64,000 bases of DNA, from contig NC_091977.1 of assembly GCF_044704955.1 (NCBI RefSeq), positions 9,424,001 to 9,488,000 of the forward strand. The letters run 5' to 3'. Below, in pieces: positions 11,859 through 25,371 of the stretch. A program made the position numbers and the translations under genes. Under the pieces are notes generated by a model that saw nothing but the letters and a program-made list of their open reading frames with translations, did no database searches and had not been told where the DNA came from. The stretch comes from Pristiophorus japonicus. Lineage: Eukaryota. How positions within the stretch are numbered: the stretch's first letter is position 1; each line of letters begins with the position of its first letter.

Positions 11859-12417
11859 TTTTCAGCCAGAATCACACTATGGTATTGAAAGGATAGCTTT
11901 ATCCAGTGGCTAGTTGAGTCATATAGACCAGAGTTTAACCTTCGCTGATCTCAGTCAGTGCGGTGATAGGGTTACTGTGACTGACGTCAGCACCGCATGT
12001 TAGACAATGAAAAAATCTGACAGCAGCATGTATTTGGGTGCTGGGAAAGGAAAGGAAATTGCTGAGCTGTTGTGTGAGCAAGGACAGGATTGGACCGGGC
12101 TGCTGTCATCCCTGTGGTCTAGCAGCTTGCCGACACACACAGAGTTAACACATGAATAATGATTGCTCTGTGGACATCAGTTATGGGCAGGGTATAGAGA
12201 AGCTCCGTTGGGAATTCCATGGATCAGGCCTGGAGTTACAGCACAGGACACCTACTGCAGTCACAGCTATCTACCCCAATCCCTTCGCTGTCCTTTCCCT
12301 GTATCCTTTTATCCTCTTCCTTGTCAAATACTTATCCAATGTCCTTTTAAATGAAGTCTCTGCTTCCATCGCCACTTGTGATTAAAGCATTCCATAATCG
12401 AATAACTCCATGTGAAT

Positions 12418-12600
12418 TTGTTTTTATTCATTTCTAGGATGTGGCAAAGCCAGCATTTATTGCACATCCCTAATTGCCCTCGAGAAGTTGGTGGTGAGCC
12501 ACCGCAGTCCGTGTGGTGAAGGTACTCCCACAGTGCTGTTAAGGAGGGAGTTCCAGCATTTTGATCCAGCGACGATGAAGGAACGACGATATATTTCTTC
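12418..12600 (-). mobile_element. LINE 3'-end fragment (CR1/L2 group; same family as 58125-58430)
   Basis: 'ccagcatttattgcacatccctaattgccctcgagaag..gggagttccagcattttgatccagcgacgatgaaggaacg'. Confidence 0.7.
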
Positions 12601-13204
12601 ATATGGTTTCTTCATTCTTTCAGTGATAATTGATAAGTGATAAATTATCTCCTGTTTATCGATTCACTTACATGTAGTAACAATCTTTCACTGTTTGCCC
12701 CACAAAAACCTTTCAAGTAAAAAACCCCACAATTTTATGGGCCTTCCTTCATAACTATAATCTCTCATTCCCGAAGTTATTCTAATGAATCTTTACTGTC
12801 CTCTTTCTATGGCTCGAATAACCTTCCTATAATATGATGGCCAGAAATGCACCCAATACATCTACATGGCCCAACCAATGTTTTTAACATCAATACATTC
12901 AACATCACTTCCTTGCTTTTATACTCCATGGCCCTATGTATAAAACCTAGGCATGTCAGCATAGATTGTTGTGCTCATGTCTTTGGAGTGGGACGTGAGC
13001 ACAAACATCTGATTCAGAACATAAGAAATAAGAGCAGGAGTAGGCCATTTGGCCCATCGAGCCTGCTCCACCATTCAATATCATGGCTGATCTGATCTGA
13101 TTTAATACCAACGAGGGGTAGAAGCCCAGACTGAATTTGTCCTCTTTAAACCAATGATACCGGGGCCGACTCCAGCTCTCTTACTGCCGCTGCTGACCAT
13201 GATC

Positions 13205-14525
13205 AGCAGTGACAGGATCAGTCCAAGTCAGCATGGATTTATGAAAGGGAAATCATGCTTGACAAATCTTCTGGAATTTTTTGAGGATGTAACTAGTAGA
13301 GTGGACAAGGGAGAACGAGTGGATATGGTGTATTTCAACTTGCAAAAGGCTTTTGACAAAGTCCCACACAAGAGATTGGTGTGCAAAATCAAAGCACACG
13401 GTATTGGGGGTAATGTACTGACGTGGATTGAGAACTGGTTGGCAGACAGGACGCAGAGAGTCAGGATAAACGGGTCCTTTTCAGAATGGCAGGCAGTGAC
13501 TAGTGGAGTGCCGCAGGGCTCAGTGCTGGGACCCCAGCTCTTTACAATATACATCAATGACTTAGATGAAGGAATTGAATGTAATATCTCCAAGTTTGCA
13601 GATGACACTAAGCTGGGTGGCGGTGTGAGCTGTGAGGAGGACGCTAAGAGGCTGCAGGGTGACTTTGACAGGTTAGGTGAGTGGGGAAATGCATGGTAGA
13701 TGCAGTATAATGTGGATAAATGTGAGGTTATCCATTTGGTGGTAAAAACACGAAGGCAGAATATTATCTGAATGGCGGCAGATTAGGAAAAGGGGAGGTG
13801 CAACGAGACCTGGGTGTCATGGTACATCAGTCATTGAAAGTTGGCATGCAGGTACAGCAGGCGGTGAAGAAGGCAAATGGTATGTTGGCCTTCATAGCTA
13901 GGGGATTTGAGTATAAGAGCAGGGAGGTCTTACTGCAGTTGTACAGGACCTTAGTGAGGCCTCACCTGGAATATTGTGTTCAGTTTTGGTCTCTTAATCT
14001 GAGGAAGGACGTTATTGCTATTGAGGGAGTGCAGCGAAGGTTCACCAGACTGATTCCAGGGATGGCTAGACTGACATATGAAGAGAGACTGGATCAACTG
14101 GGCCTTTATTCACTGGAGTTTAGAAAGATGAGAGGGGGTCTCATAGAAACATATAAAATTCTGACGGGACTGGACAAGTTAGATGCAGGAAGAATGTTCC
14201 CGATGTTGGGGAAGTCCAGAACCAAAGGACACAGTATAAGAATAAGGGGTAAGCCATTTAGGACTGAGATGAGGAGAAACTTCTTCACTCAGAAAGTTGT
14301 TAACCTGTGGAATTCCCTACCGCAGAGAGTTGTTGATGCCAGTTCATTGGATATATTTAAGAGGGAGTTAGATATGGCCCTTACGGCTAAAGGGATCAAG
14401 GGGTGTGGAGAGAAAGCAGGAAAGGGGTACTGAGGTGAATGATCAGCCATGATCTTATAGAATGGTGGTGCAGGCTCGAAGGGCCGAATGGCCTACTCCT
14501 GCACCTAGTTTCTACGTTTCTATGT
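13205..14525 (+). mobile_element. 5'-truncated CR1 LINE (RT domain to tail)
   Basis: ORF 13154-13699 [29 protein letters not shown] and ORF 13798-14433; tail 'ttctacgtttctatg'. Confidence 0.92.
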
Positions 14526-15617
14526 AACTCAGCACAGACTGGGGGAAATCAAAATTGGGACCTTGTGGATCTGCATGGCTCAGCTACTCACTGAATGTCT
14601 TTATTAAAAAACACTCGAGGAGTTACTGAGCCTAAAACCTGTACAGCTTGGGGGAGTTAATGAGACCATCGATGTTAGGATATGAAATTAATTTGTTCAG
14701 TTGAATTAAAAACCGGATTCACTCGAGGTTTTTTAAAAAAAAACATGACAGCACTAATTTCAAGACAGCAGTGCTGTTCTAGTCTCCTGATGCTGCTCTC
14801 CCCCGCGTTTATATTCCCTCCCGCCACAGTTTTCCATCAGAAACAGGGATAGCAAAGCCAGCGGTACTTCACGAGACCACCAAGATAAAGTGGTACTTTT
14901 CTATTCCTCAGTGTGGGAGGGGAAGCGCCGCATGTGGTGCCGGCTGCATGGTTATAACCTAGAGATTGCATCTGTACAGGCTTTAGGCTCCTCTGAGGCA
15001 GTTTGTCAGGAAGTCATCAGCAGCATGATTTAAAACAAAAAAATAGACTGCAAAGTTATAGGAATACTTTTAGTTACAAAGTGCAAAAACAGGTACAGAG
15101 CGATCCTTCCAGTTTCCTGGAAAAGCTTGATAGACCATCTACATTGCAGGAAACAGAGGCGAGATGCTACGAACTAAGCCACAGCTGACAGGACTCTCTC
15201 TGCTCCTCTACTCTGTTAAAGAGCTAACCGTTTAGGATTCACTTCCTTTTGATGTGTTTTTCCCCCAAACGGTACTATTTCACATCTAGCTGCATCCCAT
15301 TCCACTAATCTATCTATGTCCAAATGCAAACTCCTGCACTGTTGTTATTCACAGGTCGTTGTGCTCTCCAATTTGGAAGTCACCAAGTCAGCATCAACTA
15401 AATGCATTGACCCGCATAGATGGTACCTATGTGTCCAGACTCCCCTGGAACTACTCCCTGAAGTGCCAGTGACTATCAATTGAGCAGCTATATGATGCAA
15501 AAGAAGATCCTATGGATCCCCCATAGTATTGCTCACAGATTTGTATAGCTCTTGGAAGCTGCAATTATCCGGCATAATTCCTTGGGTTAGGAATGCTTTT
15601 TAAAGTGTACACGTTAT

Positions 15618-16035
15618 GGGCTCAATTTTTCCTGTGATTTGCACCGCTTTTTTGGAGCAGGCTGCTCTCTTTGGCCTAAGTTGAAAAAAAACGTTTCCCC
15701 AATCAATTTACAAGTTAGTTACGAATTTTTTAAGTCAGTATTTTTTTCAGCCAAAGGGGGCTTAACCAGCCCCCTGCGCCACTTCGGGCCCTTTAAGGAA
15801 GTTTAGCCAGCTGAGAGTTACTCCAGTTCTGATAGGCCAGCGTATGTGGCCTCTCCAGAAAAACCTTCCCTAGAGCTAAGGAAATCAGCGCAGGTAAGGA
15901 AATCGGCGCAGGTAAGGAAAGCGGTGCAGCAGATTCCTGGACACAGTGAAAGAATTCAAAAACACATAGCAGCAACTTATCTCCAACCATGCCCGAAGGC
16001 ATATTCTTGGTCCCCGGTTCTCACACACACAGTCC

Positions 16036-16073
<38 letters not shown>

Positions 16074-16312
16074 TGAGAGAGAGACAGAGACCTGGCTGAA
16101 TACTTCACTTTGCAGCCTCAGCTCGCATTGTGTCCCTGGTTACTATGGCAGCCCAATCTTTTTGGAGTGTCCACCCCAAAACAAAAGGTCGGGTTAGGCC
16201 ACGCCAAAATGAAGAAATCCAACAGGGAAACTTAGAACATTTTCTTTTGGCAAAAAAAATCGGGCGTAACTCTTCAAGTACGCCAAAAAATGCTTTGGGG
16301 AAAATTGAGCCC
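15618..16312. mobile_element. Non-autonomous TIR element (MITE), PIF/Harbinger-like
   Basis: Termini GGGCTCAATTTT.. / ..AAAATTGAGCCC with a 3-bp TAT on both sides; internal (GA)n at 16040-16090. Confidence 0.75.
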
Positions 16313-17644
16313 TATATGTGAGAAACTGGAATTTCTGCAGGATGCAGGCAGAGCAGTCTAAGGCTGGGACTTTCCCAAGACAAGACTGGGAACGAAGCGT
16401 AAAGTTGGGTGGAGTTGTGTTGCATTTGGGAGTCTTTCCACAATTTATTTTTTCACTCGTCAGCATTGTTCAAAAAAAAACCCGATTAATTCAAGGCGTT
16501 TACAAAGTACTGAAACAACAACTTATATCAAGAAACACTACAGTTGACCGAACTAGCAATGTGTGTTGCTGGCTGGCTTGAAGACTTCTTGCAGTGCAAC
16601 TGAGAACACCAGAGAGAACAAACTAGGGTTACATTTTCTCTTGTAGAAAATTGCACAATGCAATTGCTTAAAATTAAACACAATCGTGATGACAACCATT
16701 TCAATCAAAATGGCACATAGAATGTTATCCAAATTCATTCACAATGTGCTCCCTGATAAAAATAAACCTCAGATTCGATCACTTTACACATCACACAATA
16801 ACACTCAATGGGAGAGAGAGACAGATGCAGCTAAATGAACAAGGCGGCAGTCCATACAGATCAGAATGGAAAATGGGCGAAAGTAAGTACTCAAACAGCC
16901 AGAACAATTGAATCTGATCAAACAAGCAACAAATTATATCCGCTGAAGAAACAAATATGCATGGATTTATAATTAGAGTATACAAACCAGAAGGAAAGTT
17001 AGGATGAGCAAAAGAATATTGTTTGTCTATTCTTGTGAAAATTTATCGTCTAGTTTCCTTTTCTATACAATGGCAGCATTATGCATTATTTCTTTACCTT
17101 GAGAAAATTTTAAGTTTAAATTGCTTAAATCAGCACTACTGAAGACAGTACACAATGTGTGCACATCATATCAGTAAAATGTTTTATTATCTTTACTGTT
17201 AAACGTCAGATATAAGTTTTTAGACTGCCACTTTGGTTCCAGCCTTGCTGGAACACCAACAGCCTAGTTAATGATGGCTCTTCCTCAATAGCTCAAGTCA
17301 TCATCATCATATCATCACAGATGCCTCGAAACGAGGATGACTTGCTTCCATGAGGATGACTGCAGCCTTCTTCTCCAGTTTGTGCCGACTACTTTCTATT
17401 ATAGCCAATTTCTCCTTTCCTCTTGAAATATTTTTGACATATCCCGTCTTCCATTGAGCGCAGTGGTTCTGTGGTGGGCAAACTCTGCCCACATTTTGAG
17501 GGTAGGCTGCTGTTCAGACATTTTTTCCAATTCACAACAGCTTGGCCTTATTCCACGTAACCTCAGCTATGAGGATTTCCAAATCCTGGTTACTGCAAGG
17601 TCAGAGCTACTGAACTAATGCTGACTACTTAGGCAAAGTTAAGT

Positions 17645-19040
17645 GTTTAAAATGATGAAGAGATTCAGTAGGGTAATACAGAGAAACTATTTCCTCTGGT
17701 GGAGGAAATTCTGAAAAAAGTGGCGTAGCCTTAAAAGTGGAGCGAGGTCATTTAGGAGTGAAATCAGGAAGCCACTCTTTCACGCAAAGAGTAGTGGAAA
17801 TCTGGAATTCTCGTCCCTAAAAGGCTGTGGACACTGGGAGTCAATCGGAGCTTTCAAGACTGAGATCGACTGATTTTTTTTGTTAGTGAAGGGTATCAAG
17901 GGATAGGGAGCAAAGGCGGGTAAATGGAATTGAGGTACAGATCAGCCATGATCTAATTACACTCGATGGGATAAGAATTGATAAAGATGAGGTACTAGAA
18001 AGGCTGGCTGTACTTAAAGTAGATAAGCCACCAGGTCCAGATGGGATGCATCCTAGGACGTGGAGGAAAGTGAAGGAAGAAATTGCAGAGGTACTGGCCA
18101 TAATCTTCCAATCCTCTTAAAAAATGGCGGTGGTGCCAGAGGACTGGGGAATTGCAAATATTACACCCTTGTTCAAAAAAGGGTGTAAAGATAAACCCTC
18201 CAACTACAGGCCGTTCAGTTTTACATCAGTAGTGGGGAAGCTTTTAGAAACAATAATCAGTGACAAAATTAACAGTCACTTGGACAAGTGTGGGTTAATT
18301 AAGGAAAGACAGCACAGATTTGCTAAAGGCAAATCATGTTCAACCAACTTGATTGAGTTTTTTGATTGAGGTAACAAAGAGGGTTGATGAGGGTAATGCT
18401 GTTGGCGTGGTGTACATGTATTTCCAAAAGGCGTTCGACAAAGTGCCACATAATAGGCTTGCCAGCAAAGTTCAAGCCCGTGGAATAAAAGGGACAGTGG
18501 CAGCCTGGATATGAAATTGGCTAAGTGACAGGAAACAGAGAGTAGTGGTGAACGGTTGTTTTTCGGACTGAGGAAGGTACACATGGGTGTTCCCCAGCAG
18601 TGGTTCTAGGATCACTGCTTTTCTTGATATATATTAATGACTTGGACGTGGGTGTACAGGGCACAATTTCAAAATTTGCAAATGACACAAAACTTGGAAG
18701 TATAGTGAACAGTGAGGAGGATAGTAATAGACTGCAAGAGGACATAGACAGGCTGGAGAATTTAAGGTGATTGGCAAAAAAATCAAAGGCGACATAAGGG
18801 AAAAAAACATTTACACAGCGAGTGGTTAGGATCTGGAATGCACTGCTTGAAAGGCTGGTGGAGGCAGACTCAATCACTGCTTTCAAAAGGGAGTTGGATA
18901 CCTCAAAGAAAAAAATTTGCAGGGCTACGGGGAAAGGGCAGAGGAGTGGGACCAGCTGAGGTGCTCTTGCAGAGAGCCGGTACGGGCTCGACAGGCCAAA
19001 TGTCCTTCTTCCGTGCTGTAACCATTCTATGATTCTATGA
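17645..19040 (+). mobile_element. Two adjacent CR1 fragments (old 3' end 17645-17955; ORF2 fragment with tail 17960-19040)
   Basis: ORF 18124-18369 PEDWGIANITPLFKKG..NYRP; tail 'attctatgattctatga'. Confidence 0.8.
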
Positions 19041-19634
19041 TGAGAAATTTCCCTTTTTCATTACCGGCCAATCTTTCTTCATGCCCTCCTTAACTCGAAC
19101 TAAACAGATTTAGCTTTTTCATGGTCCCCAATATTGTGGTGTCCAGGCTTTTGTCTTTGTAGGCCACCTAGATTCATCAAGGGTCACACGTAAAGTTTCA
19201 ATCAATGCCCCCATTATTTTATATAAAATCTCAAGCTGCTGATACCAAAAGATCTTAGTGTTCTGATTTAGGATATATCCACCAATTGGGCATCATTATT
19301 TTAACATCCTTTTCCAAACCTCCAGACTCACAAAATGCAAACAGGACAAAGCAATAAGATTAAAAATAAGATCTGCACTGCCAGGACATGTAGGGGTGCA
19401 ATGCCAGCGTTTGGGCCAGGCATTGGACACCACTGTCCTGATCATCCTTACATTCTCGTGAAAATTGAATCTTTTATTAATACTGCTTCTCCTCCTTTTT
19501 TACCTTCTCTATCCTTCCTGAATATTTTACCACCAGGAATTTTTATCTCCGTTCTAGCCCTTGTCCTAGCACCTGGGATGCGTCGCTCGAATCGAGTCTC
19601 AGTCAGGTGCAGGTGTATCTGTTTATTCCTCTAT

Positions 19635-20115
19635 GGTGTCACCTGTGGCTCAGTGGGCAGCACACTCACCTCGAAGTCAGAAGGTTGTGGGTTCAAGCCC
19701 CACTCCAGAGACTTGAGCACATAAAATCTAGGCCGACAGTGCATGTGCTGAGGGAGCGCTGCACTGTCGGAGGTGCCGCCTTTCGGATGAGACGTTAAAC
19801 CGAGGCCCCGCCCGTCTGATCTCTCTGATGGACATAAAAGATTCTATGGCACCATTTCGAAGAAGAGCAGGGGAGTTATCCCCGGTGTCCTGGCCAATAT
19901 TTATCACTCAATCAACATAACAAAAAAAAAGATTATCTGGTCATTATCACATTGCTGGTGGGAGCTTGCTGTGTGCAAATTGGCTGCTGCGTTTCCCACA
20001 TTACAACAGTGACTGCACTCCAAAAAGTACTTCATTGGCTGTAAAGCACTTTGAGAGATGTCTGGTGGTCTTGAAAGGCGCTATATAAATGCAAGTCTTT
20101 CTTACTTTCTTCTTT
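19635..20115 (+). mobile_element. tRNA-derived SINE with L2-like tail (Deu-domain/SacSINE1-like)
   Basis: A box 'tggctcagtgg', B box 'ggttcaagccc', tail 'ggcgctatataaatgcaagtctttctt'; second copy at 40985-41440; family name from recall. Confidence 0.8.
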
Positions 20116-20159
20116 CTATGGAAGCCTGAATTACTATTGTATTTCTGCACCACACCTCA

Positions 20160-21140
20160 CCCTTTGGCCTCTGCGACAAACTCCGCTCACTTGCCACCGA
20201 TTCCATCCCCCTCACCCTCTGCGGCCACTGCCTCAGTCTGAACCAGAACTCAGACGGTTGTCAACTTCGGCACATTATTTGACCTTGAGCTGAGCTTCCG
20301 ACCCCATATTCCTTCCATCACAAAGACCATCTATTCCCACTGCCATAACATCACCATCTGCTCCTGAAACCCATGCATTTGTTACCTTCAGACACAACAA
20401 TTCCAATGCTCTCTTGGCTGGCCTCCAATTTTCCACCCTCCATAAACTTGAGCTCATCCAAAACTCTGCTGCGCACATCCTAACCTGCACCAAGTCTCGC
20501 TTAGTTCCCTGTGTTCACTGTCCTACATCATCATCATAGGCAGTCCCTCGGAATGGAGGAAGACATGCTTCCACTCTTAACATGAGTTCTTAGATGGCTG
20601 AACAGTCCAATATGAGAACCACAGTCTCTATCACAGGTGGGACAGATAGTCGTTCAGGGAAAGTGTGGGTGGGACAGGTTTGCCGCACGCTCTTTCTGTT
20701 GCCTGCGCTTGGTTTCTGCATGCTCTCAGTGATGAGACTCGAGGTGCTCAGCGCCCTTACGGCTAAAGGGTTCAAGGGGCATGGAGAGAAAGCAGGAATG
20801 GGGTACTGAAGTGCATGATCAGCCATAATCATATTGAATGGTGGTGCAGGCTCGAAGGGCCGAATGGCCTAATCCTGCACCTATTTTCTATGCACTTCCT
20901 CCATTTAGGGTGGTCTTTCGCCAGGGACTCCCAGGTGTCAGTGGGGATGCTGCACTTTATCACTACATAGGATCCCAGTCTACCAATGTCTCAAATTTAT
21001 AATTCTCATCCAAGTGTTCAAATTCCTCTTTGGACTCGCATCTCCCTATCTCTGCAATCTTTTCCAACTCTCTGAGCACTCTTCATTCCTCCAACTCAAT
21101 CCTCTGGCGCATCCCCCACTCCCTTTGGCTCACCATTAGT
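20160..21140 (+). mobile_element. L2 LINE fragment hosting nested RTE (20529-20960, minus) and CR1 3' end (20752-20892, plus)
   Basis: L2 motifs 'catgcatttgttacct..ccataaacttgagctcatccaaaactctgctg'; 'ctacat' flanks the RTE on both sides. Confidence 0.75.
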
Positions 21141-21760
21141 GGGTGTTGACATTAGGCTTAGCTCTGATGGTCTCCAGTCTGTCAATAATCTCTAGGCCCA
21201 CATGGGAAGAATAGTCATTTGGGGAAGTGGGGTGGAGGTGGGGTGGGGGCGGGGGTGAGGGCTGGCGGCACCATGGAACCTACCCTGGCAATAATCAGTG
21301 TCACAAGGAAAAAATTATCAACTGAACAATAACTGGCAAGTTAACTTTTCTGCTCCTTAGAAGTATAAATAAATTATACAGTACACAGTGTTTACTTATT
21401 TTGCACAGTTCCGTTTAGTGGTTGACCACTAGAATGAGCCTGTGCTCGCGAATGAAGCTTTCATAAAAAGGTTCAATGCCGATTCTGTGGGCGTTATTGC
21501 ATATTTTCCAATGTTATTCTAAGCAGAAAACTTTCAGTTGTAAATATGAAACTGTACTTCCTCCAAGTTTCAAAATATTATCTGTGGCCTAAATGTGAGA
21601 ATGTGGGCAAACTTCACATTGAATCAACATTGAAGCACAGAAACCAAGAGAAAGAACATTCCCCTGGATGCAAAACAACACCATCACAATAGACCATTTT
21701 GCTTTACCAAAAAGTATGAGAAAATATGAGAGTATGCGCTGGTTAGCTTCCCCAGTGGCT

Positions 21761-23060
21761 ATAGAAACATAAAAAATAGGTGCAGGCGTAAGCCATTCAG
21801 CCCTTAGAAACATAGAAAATATGTGCAGGAGTAGGCCACTCGACCCTGCACCACCATTCAATATGATCATGGCTGATCATGAAACTTCAGTACCCCATTC
21901 CTGCTTTCTCTCCATACCCCTTGATCCCTTCAAGTCTACATCACCATTCAATAAGATCATGGCTGATCATTCACCTCAGTACCCCTTTCCTGCTTTCTCT
22001 CCATACCCCTTGATCCCTTCAAGTCTGCACCACCATTCAATAAGATCATGGCTGATCATTCACCTCAGTACCCCTTTCCTGTTTTCGCTCCATACCCCTT
22101 GATCCCTTTAGCCGTAAGGGCCATATCTAACTCCCTCTTGAATATATCCAATGAACTGGCATCAACAACGCTCTGTGGCAGGGAATTCCACATGCCCACA
22201 ACTCTGAGTGAAGAAGTTTCTCCTCATCTCGGTCCGAAATGGCTTCCCCTTATCCTTAGACTGTGACTCCTGGTTCTGGACTTCCCCAACGTCGGGAACA
22301 TTCTTCCTGCATCTAACCTGTCCAATCCCGTCAGAATGGTATATGTTTCTATGAGATCCCTTTAAATTCTTCTAAATTCCATTGAATACAAGCCTAGTCG
22401 ATCCAGTCTTTCTTCATATGTCAGTGCTGTCATCCCGGGAATCAGTCTGGTGAACCTTCGCTGCACTCCCTCAATAGCAAGCAAGTCCTTCCTCAGATTA
22501 GGAGATCAAAACTGTACACAATATTCCAGATGAGACCTCACCAAGGCCCTGTACAACTGCAGTAAGACCTCCCTGCTCCTATACTCAAATCCCCTAGCTA
22601 TGAAGGCCAACATACCATTTGCCTTCTTCACCGCCTGCTGCCCATGCATGTCAACTTTCAATGACTGATGTACCATGACACCCAGGTCTCGTTGCACCTC
22701 CCCTTTTCCTAATCTGCCGCCATTCAGATAATATTCTGCCTTCGTGTTTTTGCCCCCAAAGTGGATAACCTCACATTTATCCACAATATACTGCATCTGC
22801 CATGCATTTGCCCACTCACCTAACCTGTCCAAGTCACCCTGCAGCCTTTTAGCGTCCTCCTCACAGCTCACACCGCCATCCTGCTTAGTGTCATCTGCAA
22901 ACTTGGAGATATTACACTCAATTCCTTCATCTAAATCATTAATGCATATTGTAAATAGCTGGGGTCCCAGCACTGAGCCCTGCGGCACCCCACTAGTCAC
23001 TGCCTGACATTCTGAAAAGGACCCGTTTATCCCGACTCTCTGCTTCCTGTCTGCCAACCT
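21761..23060 (-). mobile_element. 5'-truncated CR1 with reiterated 3' ends
   Basis: ORF 22506-23105 [15 protein letters not shown]; repeated 3'-terminal segments at 21761-22110. Confidence 0.9.
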
Positions 23061-23269
23061 GTCTGGTAAACATGATGCAAAAGCACCCGGATTAGAAGAT
23101 CTCAAATTGAACTTTAGGTCTGTGTTGAATTAGGGTGTTGAAATTGGCTTTCAGAGTAGGGAAACAACTACGGTCTTGCTCCTGATCATTATCTAATTGC
23201 CCTAATGGAGAGTGCACATTTGTGAACAGTAGTCTAACTAGGAACCCTTGGACGAGGAGTTAAGAAAAG

Positions 23270-23405
23270 GCGTTTGGAAGAGGAGATAAGAAAAATGGCC
23301 ACTTGAGTTGAAGTCGAAGATCAGCAATGATCTTATTGAATGGCGGAGCAGGCTCGAGGGGCCTTATGGCCTGCTCCTGCTCCTATTTCTTATGTTCTTA
23401 TGTTC
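23270..23405 (+). mobile_element. CR1 3' end
   Basis: 'gaatggcggagcaggctcgaggggcc..ttcttatgttcttatgttc'. Confidence 0.75.
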
Positions 23406-23776
23406 AAACAGGGAAACTGTATTCTGTTTATTTTTTTTTTGACTTTTTGCTTTTGACTCACTCTCAATAAGTTTAAACGTAGCATCCAATTCAATCAGCT
23501 TTTCTACATTGTGTGAACAAGGGTTTATCTTAATTGCTCAAAATGATCATTACAGGCCTTAGCCAGCTGCAGTCTCAACCAACTGCTACATTATCAACAG
23601 GATTTGAGTCTGTACAGCCAACAAACAAGATTAGATAGCAGCAAAACAACAAAGCAATGACCGCACAGGTCAATAGCACTCCAGAATAGCCAAAAAGGAA
23701 ACAAAGTCAGTTCCTCCCAATTTCCACCTCACTTCACAAATATAACCACGGGTAAACAAGTTCATAGAGCTTCTAA

Positions 23777-24528
23777 ACTTTGGTCAGAATTTGCAGCCAG
23801 TGGCGGGGCAAAGGCATGAGCCCCAAAGTGCACTTCGCACAAGGATCTCACGATCCCGGTGTCAGGAACTTGGGTTTTTCCTACATTCAATTCAAATCAA
23901 TGGAGTTTAGTGGGGCTTGTACGAGCTGCTGTGACATCAGCAAGTTGTCCAAGCAGCCAATCAGCCAATCAAAATGCAGAATTCTCTCAGGCAGCGAAGA
24001 AAGAATTGCATAAGCTCTTAAAACTCAAAATTTTAAAAAATGTTAGAGCGAGCAAAACAAAGATTGGGGCTCTCACATGGCGAAAAGGCAAACCTGAAAT
24101 AAAGATGAACAAACTTCTAAAAAAAAATGTAAACATATTTCTTCAAAAATGTCTTGAAATTTTTATTATTTATGGAAATGAAAAAATTTCACACTGCACA
24201 AAATTAAAATGAGTTTTCCAGGCTCTTAACATTTGTTTAGCAATCATTACGCTGTTAAAACCCCAGTTACACCTCAGTGAGGCAGTTAACAGTGTACTTA
24301 CTCCAGAAGAGGCTAAGTTTTCGTCAGTTTTGCTGATTCGGATGATTACACAGATTGCCGACTGGGCATGGGTGAGGGGCGGGGCCGGGTGCACAGCGCA
24401 GCCTCTGTCGGAGCAGTGAATCACAGACCAAAACTTTGGCATGCGCTAAATCCCAAAGTTGTGGTCGGTTTCCAAGGCGGAACGCTGTCAGTTCACTGTC
24501 ATCCCGACCGCAAATTCCGGACCAAAGT
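23777..24528. mobile_element. Probable MITE
   Basis: Imperfect TIRs 'actttggtcagaatttgc' / 'gcaaattccggaccaaagt'; TSD ambiguous. Confidence 0.5.
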
Positions 24529-24586
24529 AACGCCCTATATGTGCGATACAACGAGGAGCAGAGTTGTACATGTGTGCATTTACAAA

Positions 24587-25220
24587 TGTAAGGGTAAAAA
24601 GGAAGCTTCTCTCCCTCGGGATGGATCAACTGATATAGATAATTGACACCTCGCCCTTCGCCCTCTCTATGACTACAGAAGGAAACCTCAGGTTTACCGG
24701 TTTTATTTCGAACAATGCACGGGAAGGTTCAGTTGTGGAACCTCCGAAATACATGAGGTTTTGAATATAATTTATACAGGCTTTGGAGAGGAGCTATTCT
24801 TCTACAAAATCATCGATAGCTCTATTGCTATCAGTGGAGTTACATTGATTTGTCGATTCTTATTAGACTGGCTGTGAATGGTATATGGAACTGTACATCT
24901 CCCATCATTGTGTTGTTCCATTATTTTGCCCTCTACTCCAGTCTGCATGTCGCCTACAGTAACTGTTCCAAAATAATGGCTTCCTTATCTCTTCCTCAGA
25001 GACTTCTAAACAAAATTGTAATTGCTGACTTGGTATGTGTTACTAAGGTTAAGGATATAGTTTTAACGTGTTATAAGTGTGCTATACCTACATAAGCAAG
25101 TGTTACATACAGAGGCAATTTCTCAGACCCCCCTCCCCCCCCACCCAATACTGATTAGTTCACTACCTTCAGCATTGTTCTGACCACCTTTCTGTCTGCT
25201 GCAATAATTTATCCCTTACA
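24587..25220 (-). repeat. 3' LTR (634 bp)
   Basis: Ends TGTAAGGG..CCCTTACA (perfect 8-bp inverted ends); minus-strand TATAAA at about 24771 and AATAAA at about 24703; aligns by eye with 29637-30261. Confidence 0.92.
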
Positions 25221-25230
25221 ATTCCCCCCT
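25221..25230 (-). promoter_or_regulatory. Polypurine tract
   Basis: Minus strand AGGGGGGAAT immediately before the 3' LTR TGTAAGGG. Confidence 0.85.
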
Positions 25231-25371
25231 AATGGCCCTTGGCTATATAACCAAGATAGGCGATTTCCCAATTAATTCCTCATGGGTAAGCTTCCAGGGT
25301 TGTCCTTTCGCTTGGGTAGCGCTACTTCCCAAGCTGCAGGATCTATTTGTTGCCTTTCCCATCAAGGTTAT

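Noticed and set aside
19640-19710. tRNA gene (A and B boxes)
   Set aside because: It is the head of a SINE; it continues into the SINE body and has no convincing cloverleaf
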